Source: Lingula anatina
Taxonomy: Eukaryota > Animalia > Brachiopoda
Direction: 5' to 3'
Assembly: GCA_051362555.1 (NCBI GenBank)
Contig: JBPQGU010000016.1
Location: 1,860,001 to 1,924,000, forward strand
Length of the DNA: 64,000 bases
In this document: one piece after another, positions 24,901-38,737 of the stretch
Layout: each line of letters starts with the position of its first letter
Position numbering within the stretch: the stretch's first letter is position 1
The notes under the pieces: generated by a model
The model's database searches: none
Told to the model about the DNA's origin: nothing
The model's input: only the letters and a program-made list of their open reading frames with translations
Made by a program: the position numbers and the translations under genes

Positions 24901-26128
24901 GGGTCGGGCTTTGGAAAAAGCTATCGATGACTGTGGTAATGCTTTTGACGGCACCTTTAGGTAAATATTCTGCATTGGGTAAATGAATGGTCTGGGTTTG
25001 CTTTTATTTAAATGATATCAATGATGGTTTAATACGGCAAAATATATAATTTTTTTTGTCTTTTGTGTAATGATGATAAAAGGCAAATTGTCTCTAAACA
25101 AAATAAGCTAGTTTACAATCTATACAGTAGGCCTATATATATGTTTGTTTGTTTGTTTGTTTTCTCTTATGTTATGCAAAATTATTCTTTCCACCCCAGA
25201 CGTATTCACCATATTTTTGCTTGTTAAATTCACATTCCTTTCGAAAACGACAATCTTGGCGAAGAATGTTGTTTCGACCTTCATATCTAAGTCACGCGGA
25301 TTAGATTCATGTACGTTTTCTAATCTAGTTAAGTATGACGAAATGTGCGGTAATGCCGTCATCTGGCATGTTCAGATCTCCATTAAAAAACATTTCACTC
25401 GATTGTTTCTACATCAAACCTTCAATTAAACTGATCTTTAGTCGCTGAATCAAGTCTCTAGATTTAACACAGACTGCTTTTATTGTGTTACGTAATATTT
25501 ATCCTATATTAATGTTACAGATGTTCCAACAGACACATAATCCAAAAACAAAGCAATTTCCCTCTAATCATGCGCTTGACTGCAAGTTTTCTAGAAAATA
25601 TTAAACTGGCAAAGGGATAATTAATCTCATGAAAAAAAGCAAATATCATACATGATAAAGCCAATGTTTTTTCCGATATATATTTTTTCAAGTCAGCCAA
25701 AAAGTGACTATTTTTATGAAAATCAAACGTGTTATTTCGCAAGAACATGTATAAAAGTCTTAAGGTTGCAAGATCAATATTACCGTGATAAATTAATGTA
25801 TTTGGCAATCAAACACTTTAAGCGATTATTTAAAGGTACTTTTCTTGCATTTAGGTATCCTGACTGTGAAGGCGTCTTCCACTATGATGATGACACGTGT
25901 GAATACAAATGTCTTCTCACGGAATTCCTATACTGGGGACTCACGTCAATTCTCGGCGCACAGGATTACCCCGGGCGATGTGACGAAATCTCGGATGAGT
26001 GGGAGCTGTGCACGAAAGATTTAGTAAAGGAAAAACTACCAGAACTTTACTCTCTCTTGACAAGAAGAATTGGAAAGTACAGGTTGCCTACAATTTTGCC
26101 GAACGGAAAGTATGGAAAGTTCTGTTGA
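21902..26128 (+). CDS. Secreted EExxH zincin-like protein, bacterial-like family, copy 2 (~364 aa)
   Basis: Exons 21902-21962, 22901-23375, 23742-23804, 24739-24960, 25855-26128 (total 1095 nt, open). Signal-like MMLTHLFHWKGVVMVLCLVHA; Lys-rich linker; YLDNDGDGCVD; FDATLEETLHLVQEAG; FHYDDDTCEYKCLLTEFLYWGLTSILGAQDYPGRCDEISDEWELCT. Confidence 0.9.
22611..22748. mobile_element. Short MITE with 3-bp TSD (CAG), PIF/Harbinger-like
   Basis: cag|ggctccgtatctcgaaagg.tcgctatgttgcgcacgtg ... cacgtgcgcaacatagcga.cctttcgagatacggagcc|cag. Confidence 0.8.
23912..24158 (-). mobile_element. Non-autonomous Helentron/HINE-like element in intron 3 of copy 2
   Basis: actagaaaagcactccgagagcgcagacctccgccaagg...(aaac)n..gaaaacataaccgccttggcggaggt. 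Absent from the corresponding intron of copy 3 (~43790-43810). Confidence 0.75.
24405..24590 (+). repeat. Intronic minisatellite, ~33-bp unit, about 6 copies
   Basis: tcacagggagctcccctggtaacaactttgta repeated; about 4 units at 44185-44300. Confidence 0.85.
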
Positions 26129-27232
26129 CTTTAGGCGCGTTTTGATTTTATCATGATCGACTATATAAAGCACATCAGTTTGACGCATTACTAGTCTGAA
26201 GCGTATCACATACGCAATTGAAGTATTTTGTGGATATGATGGGCACAGAAAAAGAAATTAAAATAGTTATAAAAAGACAAACATATAAAAATTGCAATAC
26301 ATTTAACAGTGAGATATATACCATCTCCGTCTCAATTACGTCACGCTTACCCTTATCTATTTGAATCTATTTACCTCTTAATTGGAAGGTTAAGTGCTCT
26401 TCAACTCTCATGTTTGTCTTAAGTGTATCGAATGCACACTCACTGGCGATATTTATCTCAGATAAAAATCTGCATGTGTGTTATTTTCAAAGAGCAGCTC
26501 CAGCAGACCTGGGGGCACTAGATGAAATCTGAACATAGGGCTTTATAAGGAGCCAGGGAAATAAAGAAAATTTTTTGTTGCAAAGCTTCAAATATATATA
26601 TATATGTTTTTTGACACGGGCTTGATCCAGCTTAGCCCTCCAAACTAACAGGGTTGCATTGGCAATTTTCACAAACAAATAATAAAAATAGATATACCGG
26701 ATCTTTATCCTGTAATATAATTGGTTGGTTTTGAATTATACCATATATAGGTTCAACTTTTAGAAGATCACCATTAAGGTGACCATGGCTAGGACGAGGA
26801 GAACATCAAGAAGGCGTTATAATCCTACAACAATCAACTGTTCTTCGGATTTATTAGTTATTTTCTGACAATTCAGGATAACTGCCGCAAACCACATCGA
26901 ACAACAGTACCGCTCCGTTATATTAGAATTAGAATTTAGCTCGATACAAACAGGCACAATCTGCACTAGTGCCCAAAGTTTGTGTCAGTAAGCCCTTAGT
27001 CAAATAAATATACCGTTCTGGGCAAGGCTTTTCCCAGCGAACCGTTCAGCTGTCATTTGGACGGTGACAAGAATGATCTACATACGGTTCAAAACACATG
27101 TGGGCCTTAAATGAATGCTGAGCCTTGGACATAATATTCGTTATAATGTCCAAGTCTGAGCTAACTTGCCGCTAAATTGTATTAGGGTACACCCTCCGGA
27201 TCTTTATACGTACGGCACCTGACAAAACTGAT

Positions 27233-27525
27233 AGACAAGAGAGGCAATTTTAATATCTTCAGCGAGAGATCGTTCTTAATCCGAAAGAGACGAGAAGGCA
27301 ATTTTCATATTTGTTCAAGAGATTTCGTAAGCCGAAGATCGGGAGCAAAATCAGCGATTCGAGCGAAACGAGAAAAACAATTCTCATATTCGTTCAAAAG
27401 ACTTCGTTTGCAGAATATCGCCAGCCGCAGATCGTTCGCAATCCAAGCGAGACGACATGGCAATTTTCATATTCATTGAAGGGTATTCTTTTGCGAAAGA
27501 GCGTCAGCGGAAGATCGTTGCCGAG
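27233..27525 (+). repeat. Degenerate tandem repeat (gagacgagaaggcaattttcatatt core, about 4 copies)
   Basis: Core motif at ~27235, ~27287, ~27365 and ~27449, with agatcgtt sub-motifs. Confidence 0.6.
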
Positions 27526-28149
27526 TATTTTTAACCCTCCCTCCCCGATGAAATTTATTGTTTTTTATAATATTTTTCGTTTAATTTCTACCCCATTTAA
27601 TTATGGCAGTTTCCCTTCTTAATCGTGTTACCATATTAAAAAAATGTTTGCACCTCTCACACTCAGTAAATTATCCGCCGCTGATATGGTTTCTCCAATT
27701 TTACTTAGAACTACACATTTACAGGACTTTGTCGTTTTACTAACAGATCTAACTATAGTTGTTCTCCCATAATAAAAAGCAATAATTTTAAACTTCATTT
27801 ATGAATTAAATAATTGTAGTTGGCATATACAAGTACATGTACATTATGTTACCTTTTCTGCTTGACCATAAGTAGATGCTAAGATGGATTGCGTGTGACG
27901 TCATACTCAAAGTTTCAACCCGACTGTACCGCAGGCGTTCAGAAATAAAACGTATGAATTTGACCAACATTTCTTAATGGACAGTTTACATGGCCATTCA
28001 GAATACATAATGCGAGTACTTCCTGATCCGCCGACTAAATATGGCCGATCCCTCTTCAAAAGCAATGCCGCTAAATCCATGGTGGTCTCCCCGCCTCCAC
28101 ATCTTTTTTTTAAATTAACTTTCAAAATACGAAATTAGTATTTGAAATT

Positions 28150-29525
28150 ATATGTGTGAGATAATACACTGTCACCCGAGCGATATATGCCATAACACGT
28201 CGAGCGTCAGCGAGAGGTGTTCATGGCATATATCGCGAGAGGGTGACAGTGTATTATTTGACATACATACCGAGAACAAATACAGTCATTTCATGCTAAA
28301 ACACCCCTAAAACCGAATAAAGTGACCCTATATCACGCTCTAGAGATGTTATACGAAATAAACTCGTCCACGTGCGCTGGCCACCTCCAGCCAAATTCTT
28401 ACGTTATGTCTGACCAATTTGGTCAATTTTTGTTAAATACTTGTCGTGGACGTTCATTTGCTTGAAAAGTATTTAATCAACCGTCGACACTGACCATGCG
28501 CGTCTCAGTTGAGCCACACCTAGCTGGGACTGCTGCGGAAAAAAGGTTCCATTGCAAAACCTCTACTTTTTAGTGACATTTCTGATAAAAAAGGAGCGTC
28601 GGACCGGAATATAGTCAAACTATTTTTTCACAAGTTTACTAAGAAAGAAATTTACTATTTGGTGATATTTCTGACGAGGCAGTTTCGGAATATAGTCAAA
28701 ATCGACGGATGTTTATTACAAGTTCACGGGAGTAATAATTCTAATTTTTTTATTGTTTTTTTCTGACGACGAGGTGGTTACGGAATATAGTCAAAATCAA
28801 ACGGATGTTTATTTCAAGTCCACAGGAGTAATAATTCTACGTTTTGGTGACATTTTTTACTACGAGGCGGTTTCGGAATATACATGTGCTGGTTTTCAGA
28901 GCATTCATATGCTATATGTAATTACAAGTTCAAAGGGAAGATACATTTGATTTTTACCGATATATCTGATAAAGAGGAAGAATGAACAGCTTAAAAACAA
29001 AAGGTAAATAATAACACAACCCTCGTTAAAAAGTTATAGATTTACAAATAATTTGTATACACGTGTGGCTTAAATGTTAACTAATTCCCGTTTTCAAACC
29101 ATACCCATATGACATGCCTTAGTGTAATAAAATGATAAATAATAATTGTTAAACGTGAAAAGTCTATGCTAATTTTTTTAAGAGCGTGAGAGATTGTAAA
29201 TTTGTCTACTGGTAGGTATATAACGTAAGCAACGTCACTATTCTCTTGGTGCCAAGAAGGTCACATGATCACTGTCTTTGGCTTTCAGCATTCAAGAGAC
29301 CACGACTGATTTAACCAAGATGTAGTCGTGAAATTCTAGACTACGTCGAGGTTAAATCCGAGTTCTCCGAGAGACGCTACGCAGGAATGTCGAGTGAAGC
29401 GAGACATTTTTGGGTAGCGGCTCGAGGTTGCCCTCGATCTTCACTGAAGCTTGGCTAAATGGACAGGCTTCAGTGATCATCATATCGCCACGGTCATATA
29501 ACATCCCTAGGTATGTATGAAACAA
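28150..29525 (+). mobile_element. ~1.4-kb non-autonomous element with terminal hairpins (Crypton-like)
   Basis: 5' hairpin ataatacactgtcaccc..gcgatatatgccat/atggcatatatcgc..gggtgacagtgtattat; internal ~90-bp repeats (cggaatatagtcaaa); 3' hairpins with a gagtgaagcgag loop. An internally deleted inverted copy lies at 43343-43465. Confidence 0.55.
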
Positions 29526-29585
29526 TAATGCTGTTTATATAGAATTTAGATACCAAAATGTTGTTCATAGGTGTCGTTGTGTTTC

Positions 29586-29652
<67 letters not shown>

Positions 29653-30611
29653 TGGGTTTTGTCACAAACGATCTTGTTTATAGTTTTTTTTGATCGGGAA
29701 ACGGATACCACAAAATGTCCAAACGTGTTCCATTTTCATCGACTGTTTGTCCACTTCTATAAACTCAATAAACAGCAACAGAAAATCAATATATAAACTA
29801 CCCAAACTATAGCCTGTTACTTTTAATAATGCAACCGTGGCACGACAACAAATGATTGTCCTTTTAGAAAAAAATTTATTCGTACTTTCTACACGTCCGA
29901 TCACTGGTGTATCTCCCTTGAATTACGCGCCAACTGCTTTTATAGTACAGGGTCACATGACCCACGTGACACAAAAAGGGCGCTAATACCAGCTATACAT
30001 ATTCATTACATCTATTTATATACATTAGCTATTTATAATAAGGTACTTATATGAAGGTAGGCTACAATATACTATTACATATTTATACATACATGTGAAT
30101 ACATGTACCCTACTACAAAAATATATTCCAAATATCACAGAAAGGGTCCTTTATGTATATGACTGTAAAAAATGTTATGGTATTTCGATTGGTCAAAAGA
30201 AAAAATAAATAAATAAATAAAAGTTTAAAAAAATTAAAAATAGATAAATGAATAAACGTTTGATTCCCTGTAATTCTCCAAAACACAGCTTGTGTTATGC
30301 TAAAATAAGTACCAATTTTCAAACAGCGGATTGTTCTACAAAGTCAGACAATCCATACGTGATTAAACTAAAAATTTGTAGAGTAGAACTTTTTTGTTAA
30401 CAAGGAAACCAAACAAGTGAAGCATATTAATGATCTAGCTTTATGATTGTTTATATGTCAAAAGGTCATCGACCGTGAGGCTCGCTCAAGGTGATGTAGG
30501 AAAAATCTACCACTTAAATGTTGTGATGAATTTCAATATCAACCTGTTCCATCTAGAGCTTAGGGATACATACAGCTGTTAGTCCCCTGTTCTAAATGAG
30601 GCCACATCATG

Positions 30612-31146
30612 TTAAAAGCCCACTATCTAGGATCTGAAACGCAATCTAAAATCATTAATTACTTCTCGATAAATTTTTTTGAGCAAAGTTAAAACTTTTA
30701 AAACAAAAATGACAGATGAATGGCCTTAATCAATATCGCATAAATAGTTACATTTACCGTCCACTGCCCTTCCTCGGTAGTCAGCCATCTTGGCAATGTT
30801 TGTAAAGAGCGGGAGTCACGGTGGGACAGTCTCGCGATATCTGTTAGTTCAGTCATTGCGCGGGTTTGGAACTTTAGCTTTTTTCCAAAATTATTACAGA
30901 GTTCTGGCGATTGTCAGGAAAAGATTAGGAAAGGTTGGTAAATCGGAGATAAGATAAGATGAAATGCTTATTTAGCTTTCCTTTAACCCATATTAGCCAG
31001 TACAAACGAACTAAATTAAGGGTCCCACTGGGAATTTTCTTTACCCGTGAAATCCACTTTTTATTTTCCAAAATACTTTAAATGTTCACATCGTTATCCG
31101 TGAATCCCCCCCATTCCCCTGCCCGGATTCGTAAATGCGGCCTTTA
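30612..31146. mobile_element. Possible degenerate Kolobok-type non-autonomous DNA element
   Basis: ttaa|aagcccactatctaggatc ... gattcgtaaatgcggcct|ttaa: weak TIR with TTAA flanks. Confidence 0.3.
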
Positions 31147-32689
31147 ATTCCTCGTTCCTCCTGAAACGAAGTCATTGATTTTATACTCGGTGATTCGTTA
31201 CTTTCAACTAGCCAGACTCGCATTTTGAATAAGATACCAATAAAGTTTTATTTACTAGGATTTGTGATTTGATGATTTTATTTTCATTGAACAGTTAATA
31301 TCCCCCTCCCCCGAAATGGGACCTCCTAAACTGGTACCAGGTCCGGTCAATTTAAGCCACAAGTGACACATGAGCTTGAGCCTTAAAAGAATAACCTTTT
31401 AAAGAAAGTGGTATATCATTAATTCTATATCATAATATAATAAGTAATATTATGCAGTGACAGAATAAGGGGGTGTCAGTGCGGTCCTAACCCTCCCCCT
31501 TTAATTTCTGAAAAAAATCACAACAGTGGTCCCTCTGAATATTAGAATTTTAGCTAGCTATATCATAGTTCTAAACCGTACCGTACCGTTTGATAACCTT
31601 CGCATTGACATATACCAGCATCTATGAGAAAAAAAAGTGTTTCCAAGAGACACCAAAACGCCTAGACATATCGCGGTCGCGGTTTGAATGGTCTGTTTAA
31701 ACAGTAGTTGGTCTATTTTAACAACGCCTTGAACGCTGTAAATAAAGTTCATTTGTAAATACTTTTTTATCAAGACGAAAGAGAATTGTTCAGTGAATGG
31801 AGATTTGAGATTAACGATAGCTTTAATCAAAATAGAAAGACGAAATGGATCTAATTTTAGTAATAGGGTTTCAAATGAAAAGGTGTAAGTGTATAAACAT
31901 TTCAAGAGACCATATGTCGTGAATATCATTTATTAATCATGCTTCTCCATTCATATTCATTCCCGTATACAGCAGATCAAAGTAGTTTCTGAATCATAAG
32001 TTGTTAGTACCAGTATTGTAATGTGCGTTTTCAATAACAGATGATTGAGGCGCCTTCGTAGTAAAAACCCTCATATGTCTAGGCATTTCTACCCATCAGT
32101 TTAATTGATTTTAGCTGGGTGGAGATACACGGTATAAATGTGAAGGTTGTCAAACTTTGTAAAATTCTGCTTAAAAGTTATCAAAATTTTGTGGGATTAT
32201 TACTTAAGAACGAGAATTGTTCACATTTCACACAAAACGTCAACATCATCTGCAATTTGATTTTAAGACCACGCGTTTACTAGTTTCCTAGCGCAACCAC
32301 AAGACCATGACAGTAAATATAAACCTTTCCTCTACTTATATGGTGTTTCTTCTTGAGTAGCACCCTCTGTAGCTCAATTATGCCCATGCCACCCTGTTAG
32401 TTAGGAGGACTAAGCTGGATCAAGTCCGTGTCAAAAATCCTTTGAAGCTGTCCAAGAAAAAAATTTTGTTTCTCTGCATATTCTCTGCAATATCTCTCTC
32501 AAACAGTGTTAAGTAATTACTGTTTTGAAAGGTAGTTTCTTATAACTGATCATAACTTGGCCATTTCGTACAGAAAAAACGATGTTTTTGCACACCTCGT
32601 CCACGCACACACATTGTGAGTATAATTAAATTGTCACCAGTGAATTGCAGTAGGTGAGCTTGCACAGCAGTCACAATACATGGGTGCGC

Positions 32690-34495
32690 GTTTTCTCAGC
32701 CTGCAAAAAATGTTTTCTTTCGTTTTAACATTGTTTGTGTGTGTGTGCGTATGAGCAACTGTGCCCCATGTCCTACACAGTTGAAACCTTAGAGTGCATT
32801 CCCAGAGATTTAGATTTAGATCGACCTAACTCCCTGGGGGATCACGCTAAATTGCAGTCAGCGCGCACCATAGTTAATTACCCCCTTACAGCTTTTAGTA
32901 GGCGGGACAGACATTTAAATCCGTTAAGCTAACACCAATCTAGTGAGGCTCCCCAGGGGGATAGATCTATCTAAATATTTATGGGAATGGGGTCTTTATC
33001 CCTCACTTATTTGTAAAGGCTCGGCTGCTATGCCCTGTCATATACATATTGTTGAACATATTTTTCTTTATCTTGATGTATGCAGAATGAAGTCTTCTGT
33101 GCCAACGCAATTCTGCTGTTTAATATTTTTCAAAGTGTGTAATACATAAATAGCGACAGTAAATGTAGATGTAGAAACACACGGGTCAGCTATGAAACCC
33201 AAACAGTTATAAATAAGAGAGCGATCTTATCCAAAAAAGTTAAGGAAATTTTTATGTACACTGATCAACTTCATTATTTTTTTAAATTGAAGCTACGTGT
33301 CTTATTTAATAAGCGATGTAAACCCGTATCTACCAACACACCCATCTTTGGAAGAGACGAGCTTACGGTTCGTTGGAAACGGAGTAGATGGTCTGGGATG
33401 GAAGAAAAGGTCAGCCGTCAAGCTCCTTTTTTTTTCTTTAGAATAAGCATTGGTATTCAATTTAAATTATAATAAATCTGCTTAATTCTTCTTTTTATCA
33501 TTATATCAATAGCATAAGCCCAGCAAATCCACAGATATTGGTATAACATTTATACTTAAGACTTTCCGCCCCTCCCCCCCCCCCCCCCCCCCCCCCCCAG
33601 AGACGAGAAATACCGGCACATGTTTATAACTGATGAAATTGCAAATTATAAGCTATGCACTTAATAGCATGGTAATATGTGATTTCATCATACGTTCTAT
33701 TTCATTCGTACAGGTGGTATATTGCTTTTATAATGATGATGTTTACTGAGAACGAAATTACACAATTGGTACATTTGCTGGCTCTTTAAGCTTCGTTAGA
33801 CGTGTCATTTTCTCAGCCTGCAGGAATGTTTTCTTTCGTTTAACATTGTTGGTGTGTGTGCTTGTGAGCAACTGTGTCCCATGTCCTGGACAGTTGGAAC
33901 CTTAAGCTTCTGTTTGTAAAGTCTTGACCCCTGCCCTCTCTTATAAGTATTATCGAACATATATTTGTTTATTGTGTTAAAGATATGTAGAATGAATTAT
34001 TCTATGATATCGCACTTCTGGCGCACAGTTTTTTTCAAATCGCGTAAAACATAAATAGCAACAGAGATATGACTTGATAGAGAAACAAACGCGTTGGCTA
34101 TGAAATCCTTAAAGAGAGTTGTTTTATCACGATGCCCTACCAAGAAACGTTCGATTCACAAAGTGCCGAAGAAAACATTCTCCTGCCTTCACACAACGAA
34201 CCATTTACCATGTAAAATAATTATTTTGAAAATGTAAACAGCAAAAGCTGGGAAAGAGACATTGTCCAAACAGTCAAGGGAAAATTTGCATGTAGACTGA
34301 TCAATTTCATCATTTATCAAAATCAATCTACGTGTGTAATTTAATAGAATATTGGCAATGTAAACTCATATTTACCAACATGCTTTCACTTGGAAGACAC
34401 AGGATCAAAGAAAGAAGATAGCATAAGGTCCTTGGTCAACGGAGTACTAGCAGTTGGAGGAAAAACCAACCATTTTGCCAGAAAAGGTCAGCTGT
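32690..34495 (+). repeat. Old local tandem duplication (~32690-33420 vs ~33805-34495)
   Basis: Colinear blocks: ttttctcagcctgca..atgttttctttcgttt..gagcaactgtg.cccatgtcct; acataaatagc.acag; actgatcaa.ttcat; gaaaaggtcagc.gtc. Confidence 0.75.
32792..32995 (-). mobile_element. MITE with TTA TSD (PIF/Harbinger-like), present in only one duplicate
   Basis: aacctta|gagtgcattccc...gggaatggggtct|tta. The empty site aaccttaagc is at ~33898 in the sister copy. Confidence 0.75.
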
Positions 34496-37414
34496 CTGTC
34501 TGAATCTTGTTTCAGTTGATAGTCCAGTAAACGAACGGCTTAGGTTGGAAAAAACTGTTAACCAAGGTTTCTCAATAGAATCCGGTCCAGTTTTGGACTA
34601 ACAGCATCCAGATAATATCCCACCGGAATCCACCCATGGCAAAATGCCAAAAATCTAAAATGGCCGCCAATGCATAGGGGAGGGTGTTTAAGTGGGGATA
34701 TCATGGTAACTAGGTAACTAGAAAGTTGTGATAAGTATCATATCTAATATTCAAAGGCATGGCCATTCATTTGAAAAAAGTTTAGAAGTCAACAGAGGTA
34801 AAGGTCAATCTCAAAAAAAGGACCAAAATAGCTTAAAATACAGCATCAACTTTCTGTATTCTTTCAAAATGAACTTTTTATGAGTTTTAGAGCTCCTATT
34901 GAGAACTGCATACAAGAGACCACCTTTGTGAATATTGTATTTAACTGACCAAGGGGTAAAATAATGTATGTCAAGGTCAAATCTGCATCTTAAAAGATAC
35001 AAAAGTAAGCTTTGTGATCCCCAGAACACATGCCAAGCTAGTTAATTTAATCATTTGATGGCCAAATTTCTTCAGATGAAAATTTTGAAATAAAAGGGCA
35101 ATACTTTTTTAACGAAGGGAAGCCAAGGTAATGTATGTCTGTCAAGGTCAATCTCAACAGTGGCTTGAAATGTAACTACATTTTGGGGGACTTTGGTTTT
35201 CTAGAAATGTATACTTTAAAACATGTTTATGTCATCTTTTAGTGACAAATTGTCACAAACACATGACGAGATAAAATATTCTTGGATATTCATATTATGA
35301 TCCTTTGAATGTTTATACACTGTACATGCACAATGTAGTTGCCCAAGGTTGCCGACGTGGCAACCAATCGACATTTGTTTGGACCCCAGGAAACTCTAAT
35401 CAGGAAATGGAACAAAATAGGAACAAACATTTCTAGGTTCCGAAAATTTCGCTTTGACTATAATGTTACTTTTTTAGCTCGACGAAAATGCCCCGATGGA
35501 GCCATCGACATTTTTCACATAACTCAAAACCTATCTACCCGGTATACCTATGAGATCTCTCGTCCAACAGTTTAGGCATGAATTAACACCTACACAGTGC
35601 GTGTTGATCGTGACCAAAATGAATGCATGATCAGTACTAGAGTGCGTGTTCTAAGAAAGAGAAGAATTACATCATCTGTGTTATGTCATAATAATTCACC
35701 TGGATATCCTCATATCCAGGAACTGCGGAAATTTGCCCAATTTTCCAACATGATTATCTCGTGTTTGGTCCTGTTTGTGCTTCCTTATCGCAGGGCTTAA
35801 GTGCAGGTCCTGATTTGCAGCAACAACAACATTACAAAAGAGAGCAGCTGCAGTCGCAGCTGGTAGAACTCGCTGGCTCAAGCAGAAGCGTGTTGCTGAA
35901 CAGAGTCATGCACTCTTGCGTGTACGTGTACCTGCTCGTAGTCACTTTAGCTGCCTTGAAACCCACGATTCGCAGACCACAACCGTAACAACTCAGACAA
36001 CTGAAGACCCGCATCGAAATTTGGAAGATGTGTTATAATGGTTTTATTTATGAATGATGATTCAGAAAGAATTAGTCAAAAGAAAAGTAATATAGACGCT
36101 AAGTATGAGCAAGATATCTTCAATCATATTAATTTAGGTAATGTAAAAATAGTCCAAATTAGACACAGAGTAGTGTACCTGTAGACTGTAATTAGTGACC
36201 ATTGCAGAATACCAAAGAAATTCCATTCGAATAGCATGTAGCGATTGTTTCTTAATTGACGCTGAATTAAGAATATGGGAAGAGGAAATTATGCTTAAAG
36301 TATGTATCAAAACAAAATGGAGATCTGAGAATAGATAGAAATGATTTGCTCAGAATATATAGTTTGCCCCTTTAAAGGAAATCTTTGACCATGGTATACC
36401 GGTACGTAAAAAAATATGACGTGTACAATGAAAACTGGATCATCATATGAGGCAGATAAAAGAGAAGCCCACTCTTAGAGTTGCCCATTATTCATTCGTT
36501 ACGGTTCCAATGCCGCTCCATCTGAAGCGCCTTTATCTTCTGAGTCAGCGTTAATCTACTTAGACTATAACTTTATTCAGAAGGTGTACTTTGTTAGTAC
36601 CTCTCTGCCAAGAATTCAATAAACCCTATTTGACTGGATTGAAGGAACACCAGGAGTTTGTTGTTCTTTGCCTGCTTTATTACCCCCGTCTCATGAATCC
36701 GATAAAAAAGAAAAAGAAAGAGAGAAAAAACCCGTGAAAGATGCACTCGCAATAAAGTGCATCGCAGAGTCGTCTCCCAGTATATTGCGAAAATTAAGGG
36801 GAACATGCAAAGTACTGCCCGGGCAGCGTCAACTACCACTGGTGGGACGTCATGACAATGTGGCGCAGAATGTTCAAACGAGAAACTCCCTGTAGCGACA
36901 AATTGATGCTTGAGACAGGAGTCTCTGCACTGAGACGATAAGTTTCCCTTAATGAAAATTGTGCTGTTTAAAGTGAGTTGATTCTGACGTTTTATTTGTT
37001 TTTGTTTTGTTTTTTTTTTTTTTGAAAAAAAAAAGAAACGGTTGTTGTCTCTTTAGGCTGGTTGAAAAATTAGAAAACATAATCTGTACAAAGGGGTGAT
37101 ATAATGAGGTAATTTTGGCTTTCATAATTATAATTACAAGAAATTACAATGTGATAAATACGTAAGTATATAAAATATATATATATATATATAAAATATA
37201 TAAAATAAAGAGAAAAAATCCAAATATCGTTAATCTCTTTGAAACTTATTCCCCGTTTTCACATCGCGTGTTTACGTAGGTCGCTCGTGGTGCATGTTGT
37301 AGAAGAGCGCTCAATTTTTTCCATGGGGATCCACTCACATGAAAACTTGATAACAGATTTGCTAATGTTTATGACTCCGAGTTACTTTAAATGTTTGACA
37401 AGACTGATGTTATA

Positions 37415-38500
37415 ATGATAATAATAATAATAATAATATTTATTTCTTAAAACCGCACTACACTACCGTCTCAGTGCTGTTTACAGATAAAATTATCAGG
37501 ATTACAACTAATTATATAGATAATAAAAGCTAAGGTAAAAAACAATTAAGATAATTAATGCTTGTGAAAATAGTAATGATCTGAACAATAAAACTTTTTT
37601 CTGATAAAATGAGAAAATAATAATTAAAATACTGTTCAAATAAGAATGTATTTAAGTCTTTTTTAAAAACCTCAACACTATCAATAGTCCGAATGTGTGA
37701 GGGTAGTTGATTCCATAAAATGGGTGCTGCAATTGAAAATGCCCTGTGGCCGAAGGTTTTGGTTGTTTTTTTTTATTATCATTTCTGGAAAAACAAAGAG
37801 TGGAGGTGGATCTGGTAGATCTGGTGAGCCTGGGTGTACTTGGATGTAGCATCGAGTTAAAATATGAGTGGCATTCACCTCTGGTGATTTTAAAAACAAA
37901 CAACAGTAATTTAAAAACAATTCTCTGTCGTACAGGAAGCCAATGTAGTTCGAATAAAATGGGTGAAATGTTTGATCTCTGAGGGTTTTGGTTAGTAGTC
38001 ATGCTGCAGCATTTTGGACAGATTGCAGTTTTTCAATTTGGTAGGTAGGAAGACCATACAGTAGGCTGTTTCCGTAGTCAAGATGTGCAGTTACAAAGGC
38101 ATGGACAAGTCTCTCAATTTGACTTTTATCAAGAATATGGGACAGGTTGGAATTTTTTTAAGACCATAGAAAGCGACTTTGCATTTTTTACTGATGTCGG
38201 CAGCCATATCGCACCTATTATCAAAAATTACTCCAAGGGTTTTAACCCCATCTTTTACCGTGACTGTACTGTTTCCGATTTCTAATAGTTCTAGTTTTTC
38301 TGCGTCCTTAGAAAACGCGAGGTAAAGTGATCTACTTCTGTTTGGCATCATTGAAAACAAGTGAATTGGCATTAAGCCATTGACTCAACTGAATAATTAA
38401 TACATTTCTGGATAGATGGTATTACATCTGATGGCCTGTCGCAAACAATATAAATTTGTGAGTCATCTGCATAGAGCATTAGGTTAATGTTGTCGGTCAC
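37415..38500 (-). mobile_element. 5'-truncated, frameshifted L2/CR1-group LINE
   Basis: Minus-strand RT motif MLYADDSQIY (~38450-38480), VKTLGVIFD, LDYGNSLLYGLP and LHWLPVRQRIVFKLLLFVFK; 3' stem-loop and (ATT)n tail at ~37415-37485. Confidence 0.85.
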
Positions 38501-38737
38501 CCATATGATTTTGGGCTGTTGTTGATCTTTATTTATTTATTTATTTATTTATTTATTTTTTACACTGCCAAGTATTGATTTACAACGATAATTTGGATTG
38601 ACTCTTGAAACTCGTCAATCTGTTTCGTTTTCAAAATTCGTTATCATGCAACAAAACGGCGTCACCTCACTCAAGGTCAATAATGGTATAGTAAAATCAA
38701 ACATTGCACTAATTTGCAAAGAAACAGCTTTTTGTAG

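Noticed and set aside
34560-35400. Possible DNA transposon remnant (aaaatggccgcc, ggtcaa motifs)
   Set aside because: Termini and TSD could not be defined with confidence.
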